DNA of 62,481 nucleotides, the filler included, from Diploschistes diacapsis (Eukaryota): NCBI GenBank assembly GCA_023645945.1. It is 10 parts of 10 records of this genome, joined end to end, with 100 filler letters (N's around TTAATTAATTAA, not from the genome) between each part and the next. Parts side by side here need not be neighbours in the genome. Positions count along the whole stretch, not along the records: positions 1 to 23,609 come from JALAIB010000260.1; 9 more parts are not named here. One strand, given 5' to 3'. The notes beneath the pieces were generated by a model. The model searched no databases. It was not told the origin of the DNA and was given only the letters and a program-made list of their open reading frames with translations. Shown piece after piece: positions 1 through 11,488 of the stretch (positions within the stretch are counted from its first letter, which is position 1; each line of letters opens with the position of its first letter). The position numbers and the translations under genes are program-made.

Positions 1-790
1 CAATTCCCCTATAAACATATTTAATAACATAAATACGTTTTCGGAAACGTATTTACGAACAAAATCTCAACGAAATTCGCCGAAATATTTAAAAACGCCG
101 ATTTTGAGATTTACGAAAATTTAAAAATCGAACGTTTTTAATAAAACGACGAAAAAAAACTCGCGACGTCTTAAACGCGTCGATTATAAATTAATTTTCC
201 TTTCTTTACGTTATTAAATTAAGTATAATTATAAGAAAAAAATTTCTTTTTTTTCTCGACGAAACGTTCTAACGTTTCGAAAAAAATCTCGTCGACGAAA
301 CGCCGGATATCCGAAACGTTATAATACGCGGTTAAATAACCGTGTTAATTAACATCACCGACACGATACGAAAAAAAACGATAAAGAGTTTACGGGCGAA
401 AATTAAAAAAATACCGTAAACATAACGCCCGGAAACGAAATCTTAATTACGATAAGACGGGGCTACGGAGTCGCAAATAAAAAAAAAAACGAAAAAACTC
501 GTTATCGATAATAATTAAACGGAACTATCGACGTACGAAAAAAAATTAACGATAAAAATAAACGTTAAAACGATAAAAAAAATTAAAAAAATTTATTAAA
601 CTATATCGCGCCTATTTATATATTTATTAATAAAATAAAGTTATAAATAACTTCATTTTTTAAATAATTAAAATTATATAATAAAAAAATTAAAAATATT
701 TATAATTCTATATAATTTATATACATTTTAAAATACCGCGGGTACGCGGGAACCACCTACCCTATTAAGCTTAAAAAAATAAAAAAAATA
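1..790. mobile_element. RIP-degraded repeat/transposon relic at contig end
   Basis: Very AT-rich, CpA/TpG almost absent, TpA abundant, no ORF; abrupt transition to ~50% GC near 800. Confidence 0.7.
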
Positions 791-817
791 AATTTCCGTC
801 AGAATAACTACGCCCCA

Positions 818-835
818 CGCGCGCGCGCGCGCGCG
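818..835. repeat. (CG)9 dinucleotide run
   Basis: cgcgcgcgcgcgcgcgcg read directly. Confidence 0.9.
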
Positions 836-1644
836 TTAGGATGAAGAAAGAAAGTTTCACTCCTCTCATCTAAACAAGGGCCATAAAATAGAAAATCGTT
901 CTCGCCAATTTCCTCGCAACGTGCTCGCCGGTAGATTGTCGAGCCTTTTACGAGTTCGCCTGCTTGCGCTTCCCAGATAGCTTATCATGGCCAGTTGGAA
1001 CAACTTTCACGTTGCTGTATCTCCTGGCTTACGAGCTGCTGCGAGATCGCAACTGCGGAGCAACTCCGCGTACTGGTAGGCGGCGACTCGTTGGACGACG
1101 TGCAGGGCATCATTCTAAAGCCGCTCGAGTGCCCCCGAGTGCTGCTTAGGCAACCTTGACAATGCAGGGGAACTTTCGTGCTGAGCAATCTCTCGCGTTG
1201 CAGGCGTGGTGAGTGGAAGGGCTGTGGCGGCGATGTGAGCGTTGTTCAGGGGGCAGCACATCACATTAGCTGAGTACTGAAATCATCAACAAATACCCAC
1301 GCAGCATCATTTCAGGGTTTTGGCGGAGACTGGTATCAGGGCCGAATCGTTGAAGTCACTCCCGTACCAGAAAGGTGCATATTCAGTTATACCAACAAAC
1401 TCCAATTCTAAGGGGTATCTCTTTAAAAGCCAACGCTCTGCCCTTCTATCTAATCTCCTCAACCCAGGCTCTTACTAGCTCAATACAAGCACCATAGTTT
1501 AGCTCATTCGGACGCATCACAAACCCACGATGCGTTTTACCAGCTGGTACCTGGAAACGGCACTGCTAGTAGGATAAGCCTGATCGTCACTGCAAAGCAT
1601 CTAAATAATCGTTGGTTGAATGCCGGAGGCCTACAATTCGCAGG

Positions 1645-3536
1645 TCATCTGAAGATCTTCCAGACTTCATAGCTGATAAAGGCCAGGTAGGCAATGGTCA
1701 CGGCGCAGACACCGAGCTCAGGAAAATCGGAGTCCGGAGATGTTGTATGGAGCTCGACTAGTTTCTCTGCTTGCACAATCCAGCCATCCGAAAACTCTTT
1801 CTCGCCAAACCTCTCGGCTGAGGACCTTGCACGTAGACGCATAGCTATCTTCTCTTCAAACGGCAGAGAAAGAGCCTTGGCAAAAGACTCAGCATAGTCA
1901 CTAGGGCTCTTTGCATGGAAACCTGTCGGTCCATCGCCACGGTCGATCACAATATCTTGCTTAGGCCCTCCGCTGTCGTTAACTACGCTGATAAGGCCCG
2001 CAGCTTGGTACTCAACCACTCCGATGCCGAAATGCTCGTTCCACATCCCGTTGACACCGATTGAGCTCTTTCCCAGCCACTCGAGGATGTCGGGCCAGGA
2101 GGCATCGCAAACAAACTCGACCTGTTCTTTGATCTTAAGTTCGTGCGCTAACAAGCGAAGCTCATAAACTCGCTTAGCGTCCTCACTGTCACGCACGCTC
2201 CCTAGAAGAACTAGTTTCGCCGTGGAGACTTCCTTAGGGACTTCGGGCTTGTGAAACATTTCTGCGAAAGCATTAAGAATCATTGTGTGGTTCTTCTCCT
2301 GCCGAAACTGGGCTATGTAGAGTAGGACGTTTTCGCGATTCTTCTCGGTTTCCTCACTGATAGCAATGGCTTCCTTAAGCTCATCGACAGCGACCGGAGG
2401 GAAAACGACTTCGATTTCGGAAGTCTTTTGCCTACCAGCTCGAGCTCGGCCCCATAATGACTTGATGTGTCCTTGAGTCCATGAAGAGTTCGTCATCACA
2501 ACATCGACGTGGCCGCCGACCCAGCGATAGGACGCCGCAAAGAGATGCCAATACCTCTTCTTAAAGAAACCTTTAAGACCCTTCCCAGTTCCCGCATTCA
2601 TGCCCTGCGCTTCCTCTCCATCCAGAGAGCCGAGCATGTCCGTAGATATTGTGGGGTAGTGGACGTATGCACCAACCGGCATTCTTGGGAAGAAGCACTT
2701 TGCAAGCGCTAACGTGTACGCATAGCCCATAGTGTCAATGTATATGTCCGGAACCAGAAGCGTGAAAGCGTCAAACCCAAGGATCAACGACCCCAAGCTC
2801 TGTCCTAAGAGGGTAACATGAGGCCAAGTCGAAGCAAGAACCCATTTGCGTTTTGAAAGGTACTGGAAGAATAGCCTTGATGTATGCAGCTCAATGTTGA
2901 AGCGATCCTACAGAAAACGCTTGTTAAATTCTTCAATCCCTGTAAACATAACCGTAAGCCTACCTTGACCCGCTCAAGTATCTTTGTCTTCACCGTATCG
3001 TGGTCTCCTGTGTATACCACGCATGTTGCTTTCGGATATCTCTCTTGCGTTGCCTTTATAGCAGCCCAAAGGACCCTCTCTCCACCTCCGCCAGCGTTGC
3101 TGGCATTGAGTTAGTGCTGTCAGAACGTTGACCGCATAGCTACGGGGCAGTACCAGAATGGATGGAAAAAGCCAATTATGCCACACCAATCCCCATTTTC
3201 AGGCAATTGCTCAGCTTGGTCTCGCCGAAGTTCACCGTTGGCGTCTTTGCCAGACTCAGTATAGTCGCTGGACTGGGCCCAGCTCAGAATTTTCTCACTT
3301 TTGGCCGCCGATCTAGCTTGTAGGTACCATCCCACGACAAGGCCGAGTAATTCGAAGAAGAAGTAGGTGAATGCAACGGAGAAGCCGAGAGTTATAACAG
3401 ATCTGTAGAGGAGGCCTGTTGCCTTAGGACGCTTCGATTCCGGAATGTAGAAGATTTGCAAGTAGAGGAGCAGAAAATTGAGAGCAGAGGAGAGCCAAAA
3501 GAAGGCAGCGAGCGCCAGGCTCGATAAGATGCCCAT
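1645..3536 (-). CDS. ALG11: GDP-Man:Man3GlcNAc2-PP-Dol alpha-1,2-mannosyltransferase; 3 exons (introns 3100-3153 and 2908-2963)
   Basis: Spliced motif [18 protein letters not shown], then [50 protein letters not shown]; canonical GT-AG introns restore the frame. Confidence 0.95.
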
Positions 3537-3800
3537 GGTGAACTCCCCATTGGAATGCGCAGCAGAGCTTATTGAGGGGTTTGTGTGCTGTCCAGAGAAC
3601 GGAGAGGTACTCTTTAACCTTCCGGGCCGAAATAATCCTTCTCCCGTTTTGATCCGTCCGAATACCAGAAATATAAAAATAGTTTATTGGTGGTTCTTTA
3701 CCAACTACATCTACTTCGACAGAGGTACTATACCTATGCATATGTTATACAAAGTGACCCTTCCCACTAGCCTTAGTGATAAAGCTCGAGCAGTCCTGTA

Positions 3801-4778
3801 ATGCAGACTGTTTATAGAAGTCATGGACTGGCTTTTCGTTTCCGAGTTCACTCTACCTACCATCCGTTGAGTAGTCTACATCTAAGACGCTGTTCGAAAC
3901 GCTTCTTTCATCCGTCCGGCAAGCTTCATAGCTCCTTGCTCAATACCTGTTGTATACAGACTTACGACGTTCTTGCCGGGCTGCATGCCTCTACTGGTCT
4001 CCCTTGGCTTTTAACATTGCCGCTTACTGCTCTGATCGTGAGGTCAACTTTCGTTCTACCATTGGCCATATGGTCTCGCATTAACCTTCAGCGGACGGCT
4101 TCCATTCGGCCGTTGCTGCTTGCTTGGCAACCTATCATAATGAACCGTGTTGTAAAAGAGAATGTTCGGCTAGGTCCAGATACTTGCAGAAAGTTGGCCG
4201 AGCTTAATATGAAGGAGAAGAGGACAGAGCTATTTCAGACCTTTGGAGTAACTAGATGGTCAGCCTTCGCGCCCTTGCTTCAGTTGCCGGTGTTTCTTCT
4301 CGTGGTAGAGACGATTCGACGAATGTGCGGACAGAAAAGTGGATTATTAGGCTTCATAGCTGAGAAAATTGGTGCAAATAGCGGACACACAGCCTCCATA
4401 CCTGTCGAGGGTTCAATGGCCGCAGAGGGAGGCCTCTGGTTCCCAGATCTGCTTGTTCCAGATCCCATGCTCATTCTACCAGCTACACTGTCAGCTCTAC
4501 TCTATGCCAATGCGTCAGAGTTCAGCAGTATTTCAGAAAGGACAGGCATAACACCTTCCAAAGGCCAAGTCAGATGGAGCCGAGCGCTGAAGGTTCTAGC
4601 CTTGGCTATGTTTCCTTTTACTTTGAATATTCCGTCCGGACTCCTGATCTACTGGGTGTCTTCTGCATTATTTGGTACCGCTACCAATCTGCTGCTTCGT
4701 GCGGCAATGCCGCTTCCGACCTCGCCTGCACCTTGCACGCCGCTAATAAAACCGTATATGAAAGACATAACAAGCTAA
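3801..4778 (+). CDS. COX18: Mitochondrial inner-membrane insertase, YidC/Oxa1 family (Cox18/Oxa2-like)
   Basis: Arg/Ser-rich targeting-like N-terminus; LHASTGLPWLLTLPLTALIVR, QLPVFL, GGLWFPDLLVPDP, PSGLLIYWVSS motifs. Confidence 0.85.
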   Translation: MQTVYRSHGLAFRFRVHSTYHPLSSLHLRRCSKRFFHPSGKLHSSLLNTCCIQTYDVLAGLHASTGLPWLLTLPLTALIVRSTFVLPLAIWSRINLQRTASIRPLLLAWQPIIMNRVVKENVRLGPDTCRKLAELNMKEKRTELFQTFGVTRWSAFAPLLQLPVFLLVVETIRRMCGQKSGLLGFIAEKIGANSGHTASIPVEGSMAAEGGLWFPDLLVPDPMLILPATLSALLYANASEFSSISERTGITPSKGQVRWSRALKVLALAMFPFTLNIPSGLLIYWVSSALFGTATNLLLRAAMPLPTSPAPCTPLIKPYMKDITS

Positions 4779-4962
4779 GGGGCTCCGATAGATTCGTGGT
4801 CGGATGGTGCTATTTCCTTGGGTTCTGCTCTATTTGTTACTGCATCCTTCGGCAAGTCTCAAAAGAGCCAAATTTAGTTGCGACGCCACGGAAAGCGACA
4901 TGAATGTACGATGTAGGGTGAGTGCCGTAATTTTAGGAGTACTTCCACATGCTGACCGCTAT

Positions 4963-5025
4963 AGAAGATGTAGAGGTGTTCGTCCAAAGGGGTGAAGATG
5001 TAGAGGTGTTCGTCCAAAGGGTTGA
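4963..5025. repeat. 30-bp tandem duplication (gaagatgtagaggtgttcgtccaaaggg x2 plus degenerate third start)
   Basis: Direct repeat read in sequence. Confidence 0.8.
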
Positions 5026-5449
5026 AGCTGTGGAAGTATGCCCAACCACAGACACATTAAAAATTTGCAAGAATGGGCACTCTGGACTTGTCACCTTTTT
5101 TTTGGATGTGGTTCAGCCTGTCTATCCACACTGGACCATGCATTTGGGGTGTGCGCATTAGGTTTAGGAAATTTTTAAGAAATTTTTCCAAACGTTCGCT
5201 GCTTAGCTGCTCCACCAAAACCTGTACGGGCTCGAGAAGCCAACTCAGAACCGGTCACTACAAATCCCTTCCATTTGGATTGAGACTGAGGAACTCCTGC
5301 CGGAAACTATTAAAGGTTGGAGGCAGGTACAAGGTATCATCGTCGCAGTCAACCTTTGATCCTGAATACTGTGACATTTAATTCCTGGAACGAATTCTTA
5401 ATCGCATCGCGACCCAGAATTCAACCCTCGCATTTCTCCAGGCCTAGTC

Positions 5450-6607
5450 ATGACGGTCCTCAAGCCAAAAGACCACGTTCAGGAGGCCTTTCCGCCTTCT
5501 TGTCAACGTATAATTGATGAAGAAAGCCAGGCACTAGGTTCGGCATCGCCATCAAAGAAGCGACATGGATGGTTCTACATCGTCGTGGCCACTTTCCTTG
5601 TGACCGTATTCATTGCAGTTTTAGCTCTCCTAATTGTTCACGCATGCCAGGCTACATCTACGAAAGGCCATCTCAAACAGGCAGTCCCTAGTCAACAAGG
5701 TATTCACAATATATCAGCTCTTAATAGCACAGTTCCTAACATAGAGGAACGTTTAACCAAAGATGCCTCCTTCTCAAACGAAACGATCACCATTGGGGAC
5801 TTGATGAAGAATTACCATGTTCACACATCTAAGCCCGACAAGTACATAATATCGGTCATACCAAATACTACTGTCGACAATGACGGCCAATACTTTGGTC
5901 ATACAGAACGCGGTGAACTTCATGAATATGAATTGAACATGGCCGTGAATGAGCTACTTGCGCAATATCCATCGCTTCAAGGACGACAAGTCACTCATCT
6001 TCCTATACTTCTGTCAAGGGAAACCAATAGCAGCGATCATTTTCCAGATCCTAGTCACTCAATCTTCGGTCAACACAACACAACCTTCGATCTTCACTCT
6101 ATTCCCGCTATTACCGTTTGGTCCACAGATATCAACATGACCGGTCGTGGTCTGTTTTTCTACGCAAACCGTCCAGTGATCACTTTTGTCAAAGGGGGTA
6201 GCAATAAGAACAGCTCAGCGAGCCCAAGAAAGTTCGGTCGGGGTCTATTGGACCGGACAGAAGACAACAGCACCACCCTGTTTCCAATAACCATAATCCC
6301 TATTAAACTCTCCCCGAGCGAGTCTGCGAATCAGTCGGACTGGCCTGGTCATATATATGGCTTGAGCCCCGCGCTTCCCCCTAACAACACCGAAAACCGC
6401 TCAGACTGGTTTGATTACGGTTTAGGGCCCATATACCACAGGACACCTGACTTAACCGAACAATCTTCCGTGTCCGCAGAAACAAACGTTAGCGACCAGG
6501 AGCGAGGCGAGATCAAGATAACCTACAGACAACACGGTCATTTCAGCAGCCCAGTGCAACAGATCAATCATACAAGGCCGCGTGGTCATTTCCCTCCGCC
6601 TAAGTGA
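5450..6607 (+). CDS. Hypothetical type II membrane protein
   Basis: 385-aa intronless ORF; KKRH followed by one hydrophobic helix (WFYIVVATFLVTVFIAVLALLIV) and many N-x-S/T sequons. Confidence 0.6.
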   Translation: MTVLKPKDHVQEAFPPSCQRIIDEESQALGSASPSKKRHGWFYIVVATFLVTVFIAVLALLIVHACQATSTKGHLKQAVPSQQGIHNISALNSTVPNIEERLTKDASFSNETITIGDLMKNYHVHTSKPDKYIISVIPNTTVDNDGQYFGHTERGELHEYELNMAVNELLAQYPSLQGRQVTHLPILLSRETNSSDHFPDPSHSIFGQHNTTFDLHSIPAITVWSTDINMTGRGLFFYANRPVITFVKGGSNKNSSASPRKFGRGLLDRTEDNSTTLFPITIIPIKLSPSESANQSDWPGHIYGLSPALPPNNTENRSDWFDYGLGPIYHRTPDLTEQSSVSAETNVSDQERGEIKITYRQHGHFSSPVQQINHTRPRGHFPPPK

Positions 6608-6924
6608 TTTCCAAGATTCGACGCAGGAGAAAATTGGCGTGTGAAACTCCAAGTTCGTCTCTCGATGCTCGAAAAGGAAGATAAACCGTCAGGTCCTGGT
6701 CTTAAAGGTGAAATTTCTGGAGGCTGTGCAACAAAACACACTGTAAAGGAAGGCATGGTGCTAGAGTATACAGAGTCAAAAGGCTAAAAAGCGCCGTTAC
6801 TCAGGTCTGTTTCTGTAACGATTCTTCAATACAGGATATAATCCCACGCGGTTACGCTCCACCCGTGCCTCTGCAATGCTCTTCACTGAATTTCTGCCGT
6901 AATCATTAACATCATCTCACATTT

Positions 6925-7914
6925 TCACTCATCTTCCTTGTACAGGCCCTGCTCTAGCACCCAGTCAGCCACGCTCTCCGTGCACAACCTCGCCAGCTCC
7001 TCCCTGTTTCCCTCTTTCGCCGCGTTTCTCGCATACGTAGAGCTAATCACTTCGCCTTCCCCACCTTCACTCTCAACATTACTTCCCTCCATCATCTTGA
7101 TCCGTTCCGCCCACTCCTTCCGCCACCCCTTGATCCCCACCTCCCCACTCCTCAGCCTCTCCAAATACGCATCCTGCTCCGCTTTACTCCCCCACTTATC
7201 CCCTGGCCTGTAGGTCACCTGCAGCGCGTGCCGCTCGAACATGGCCTTCAAGCCCTCCAGACTGTGCTCAGGGGCATAGTACTTGGGATTCAAAATCTGA
7301 AGCAGGATGTCGTAGCCCGTAAGATGGATCTGCCGCGCCACCTCCCGCTCCTCCTCCTCCTGCTGCTCCTCGCGCCGGCCCGCGGCCGCCGCGGAGCCAG
7401 GCCCAGCCGGGCCAGGCGCCGGGTAAGCCCGGGACCGGTCGATGGCGCGCGCCTTGTGCACGAAGTAGGGCAGGCTGGTGACGGCGACGTCGACGGCGAC
7501 GGGCGCGCGCACGCCGTCCGCGCGCGCGGCCGCCACCACGTCGGCCGCAAACCGCGCCATCAGCTCCAGCCGCGCGTCCAGCGGCGCCCGCGCGCCCGCC
7601 GCCTTCGCCGCGTTCTGCGTCGCCAGCAGCAGCACCAGCCGCCGCGGCACGCTGCTGCCGCCGCCGCCGCCCCCGCCCGCCGCCGCGCACCCCAGCGCGC
7701 ACCGCGCGAGCTCCAGGTGCGCCCGCGTCGGCGGGTTGAAGGACGAGTCCAGCACGTAGACCTGCGGCGTCGGGCCGGCCGGCGCCGCCGCGCTGGGGGA
7801 CGAGACCGTGCGCAGGATTCGGAAGGCCGAGGTGGAGCCCGTGAAGGCTTGCAGGGCTTGGCGCAGCGCGCTGGAGGACGAGGACGAGGACGAGGACGAG
7901 GAGGAGGAGGCCAT
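6925..7914 (-). CDS. POF1: Cytidylyltransferase-like / nicotinamide-nucleotide adenylyltransferase (Pof1-like)
   Basis: LDSSFNPPTRAH, LLLATQNAAK, PYFVHK, HLTGYD..LNPKYY, ISST motifs of the fungal Pof1 family. Confidence 0.8.
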   Translation of the reverse strand: MASSSSSSSSSSSSSALRQALQAFTGSTSAFRILRTVSSPSAAAPAGPTPQVYVLDSSFNPPTRAHLELARCALGCAAAGGGGGGGSSVPRRLVLLLATQNAAKAAGARAPLDARLELMARFAADVVAAARADGVRAPVAVDVAVTSLPYFVHKARAIDRSRAYPAPGPAGPGSAAAAGRREEQQEEEEREVARQIHLTGYDILLQILNPKYYAPEHSLEGLKAMFERHALQVTYRPGDKWGSKAEQDAYLERLRSGEVGIKGWRKEWAERIKMMEGSNVESEGGEGEVISSTYARNAAKEGNREELARLCTESVADWVLEQGLYKEDE

Positions 7915-8516
7915 TGTGTGCCCGGTTGTGGGGGAGGGGGCGCACTTGTGCTCCGTAACTGGCTGGGAATGTGGGGACCTCCTCTTGTCTACCTGCTTTC
8001 CTTTTGTGGTTGTGGTGGGTGTTGCTCGTGGGAAGAGGGAGGTGAGTTGTCTTGCTACAGGTGGTTATGACGAAGAGGTATCTATCTGATCCTCCCCCTC
8101 CCCTTCCCCACCCCCAATGTTCTCTGAAGATTGTCCAAATCCGATTACAAACATAAATCTGGAATATTTGAAAACCTCTTGTGAGAATGTTTGTCTGCTT
8201 TGCAGTTGAGCTAAAGTATCGTCCTTGGAGCTTTTGGGTGTAGAGTGAGGGAAGGAGGTGTCTGCTACCTTCGGAATCATCATGCAAATTACTACCTGAC
8301 TGTACAGTAAGTATATCAAAAGTTATCGCACCCACCAAAGTCGTGCTTTGCACAGCTATGAACCATCGTATCGATTATTTACACAGTCCTCAATATGCTC
8401 CCACCCCTAGGATACGTCCAAGCCCAGCGTCGTCACAATCATTAGCCATAAACGTAAAACATCACTACTTGCCAGAAATATACATCGACTAGCCAATTTT
8501 CCCAAAGAAAAGAAAA

Positions 8517-10740
8517 TTACCTGCCTGTATCATCCTTGACCCAAGGCCTCCCTTGCAACACCCTCAACATATTGGGATGTACCTCCATCTTCCTCGCCAA
8601 CTCTAGCGCCGTTTTCCCACTCTTATCCTTCGTCTCAGCCCTCAGATACGTCCCCTTGGATAGGTTCATGAGCGCTAGTACAGTCTCCGGCTTTTTACTC
8701 AGCACGGCATAATGCAGTGTCGTTCTTCCTTCCATATCAGCTGCGAGAATATTGGCCCCCTTCTGGATCATGACGTATACCGTGCTTGTTTGTCCGTTCT
8801 GTGCGGCTAGATGGAGAGAGGTCTGCCCTTTATCGTTGCGGGCGTCGATCATAGCGCCCTTCACGAGAAAGAGCTCAATGAGCGAAAGTGAATTGGCGGC
8901 GGCAGCTTCGTGAAGGGCAGTGTTCTGCTTACCTGCGCCAGCATTGATATTGGCGCCATGCTGCAGCAAGAGTGTGGCGAGATCTCGGCGCCAGCCAGGC
9001 TTTTTGTTCTGCTTTTTGGGCGGAGACGTGACACGCGCGGCGAGAAGTAAAGCCATATCGAGCTGGCACATTTCGGCGAGGTTGATGCCTCTGTCTTGGC
9101 CGGCGCCAAACTGCCGGCCATCGCTCAGAAGCTCCGTGCAGGTTTCTCTGTCGCCGTTGCGCGCGGCAAACGTGAGAGCTGCGAGACCGGCGTGATCACG
9201 GAGATAGACGTCTGCACCGCGGCCCAGGAGAAGCGTGCAGATCTTTGTATGCCCGGCATTTGCGGCGAGCATAAGAGCTGTACGGCCACGGTCATCTCGG
9301 AGGTCGACCGTAGCGTTGGCTTCGAGGAGGAGGAGGGTTGAGCGCAAGTCGTTGCGGGATGCAGATGTTTGTAACGCGGTCTGTCCTAGGCGGCCAGACA
9401 GATCGGCACGGGCGCCACGATTCAAGAGAAGGCGGACGATATCATCACGATTGATTTCAGCCGCTAACAGAAGGGCTGTCATTTGATTTCGAGACGGCAA
9501 GTTGACGTTGGCGCCGTAGTCGAGAAGAACCCCAATTACGTCTGTTTTCCCTGACTTGGTGGCCACAATAAGCGCAGTTTCGCCTGGTTGGACTTCGTGA
9601 TCAACATGAACACCATGTTCAAGGAAGATCTGAAGAACTCCGGTACTAGAATGCTCGATAGCTTTCTGGACGGCCGTCGAACCTTTGTATGGTATGGTAG
9701 GATCAGCGTGTCTAAGCAGTGCGCGGACTTGGTCGACTCGATTGTGGATGGCCGCGTCGACCAAATCTCTATCATAATTGACCAAAGGGTTCGCGACCTT
9801 ATTCATGAAGCGAGCTCGCCGAGATAATAGTCTGGCCTGCGGCTTTATGGTGAGTGCCGATTGAGTCGATATTCTAGAAGTGGGCCGTGGAACAGACACG
9901 ACAGGTATTTTCTCTTCTGCGATCACCATGGAGCGGTGTCTTGAGATTGAATCTTGAGGCGCGATCGCCCTCACGATGATCGGGTCGCCGATCTTGAAAT
10001 GATTCATACCACTGTCTGTCGAGGCTGCTATAGAACTGACGATGCGCGACCTCCTGCTCTGGGGAAGCTCATTGAACATGCCATCTTGACCGGCCTTTCT
10101 GATGCATCCAATGATATAATCCTTGTTCGCATTAAAGTCATCTGCGGTTATTCCTACATCCTCAAGCTCCTTTTTAATCTGTTGCCAGACAGGCTCTTCT
10201 TCCTCTGCGGCTGCAATTTCACTTGACTGGGAGGTGATGACGGAGCCCTCGTGAAGGCCCAGTTGAAGTTCCTTGAGGTATCGGTCCAACCGTCTTCCAA
10301 CAATGACTTGCGAAGAGCTTCGAGGTATCAGCGACAGTATAGGGTAGCCATGGCTGGGCATACCTTAAGAATGCAGTCAAAAGTAAAGTATTCGTTGTGA
10401 GTCTTTGCCTCCAGGAAGCAACGTCAACTGTGGCCCATGCAAACCTGTCCAGACCCCTGTTGGCTCTCGTTCCGGCTCTCTCATACTTCTTCAATAGTGT
10501 CTGGAGCTCTTCAAGAACAGCTCTGCATCCCATGACAATAACGCCTAGGCCTTCCTGACGCGAACCTGTCAAGTCCTCTTCGCGAAAAGCCTCCCCGGTC
10601 TCCTTAAGGACTGCATTGAGCGAGAGAACCTCCTGAGACAGTTGCCCGAAGGTCGAGGGGACTTCTTTACAGGCTTGATACACGTTCCAGGCAAGACAAC
10701 TCAAAGCGATAATATCACCAAGCCCAAATCCGAAGCCCAT
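8517..10740 (-). CDS. HeLo-like/SesA N-terminal domain plus ankyrin-repeat protein (~725 aa; intron 10318-10363)
   Basis: Exon 1 MGFGFGLGDIIALSCLAWNVYQACK...; a 46-nt GTATGC..AG intron joins it in frame to the 614-aa ORF with WQQIKKELEDVGI and roughly ten GxTALxxAA ankyrin repeats. Confidence 0.8.
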
Positions 10741-11488
10741 GTCGGGAAGCAGTGAGCTCTGAAATTAAATAGTGGATATTTGTACAAGTTGGTCTTGAAC
10801 TAGACCTATGGACATGAAGAAGAGAGTATAGAACGAGAAACAGAACAGCGAGTCCGGGCGACATACCTTACCTTGGTGCCTGTGCCTATCTCATACGGCT
10901 AACGGCTCCCCGAATCGAGGCTTTGAGCTTGCCACTGTCTGCCTATCGTATCTGTATCAAGGCAAAACCGGGCGCACTCGTGCGGGGGAATAAAGCTATT
11001 AATTGGCGGGGAGGAGAGAACGTTCAACATCCAAGGCTGCTAGTCTTTCAAGGCAAGTCGGTCGGCCGTCTGCCTTATGATAAGTTGCCCAATCGGACCA
11101 AGAAGAAGCCGCGCAAGACTTGATAGCGGAGAAGGGACTACAAGCACAGCCATACATACTACGAAAGTTCGTACGTCGATATCTGAAAGGAGCCGATGGG
11201 GCCTCACAGAAATCTACCTTCGCAGACTCAGGCTTTCCCATATTAGTGAAAGCTATAGACGGTGTGCAATTGAGGTGCGATGCAGCACTGTTGTTTTCTT
11301 TACAGAGGGCGAGGTCTAGCGCCAGAACTAACATCAAGCTTTTGGCACAAGTTGTTCTTCTAGCAGAACTCGAAGGCAAGAGCCAATGTAGGCAACACGA
11401 TCTTCACAGTTCACCTGCCTATCTCCTTCGACCACCTTGGCTAGACTGTATCCGGGAATCTTCTCAAGCTTAGTAAAATGATTTACAC

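Noticed and set aside
7228..8353. Long overlapping ORFs (280 aa +, 361 aa -)
   Set aside because: Stop-poor shadow frames caused by the extreme GC of the POF1-like gene
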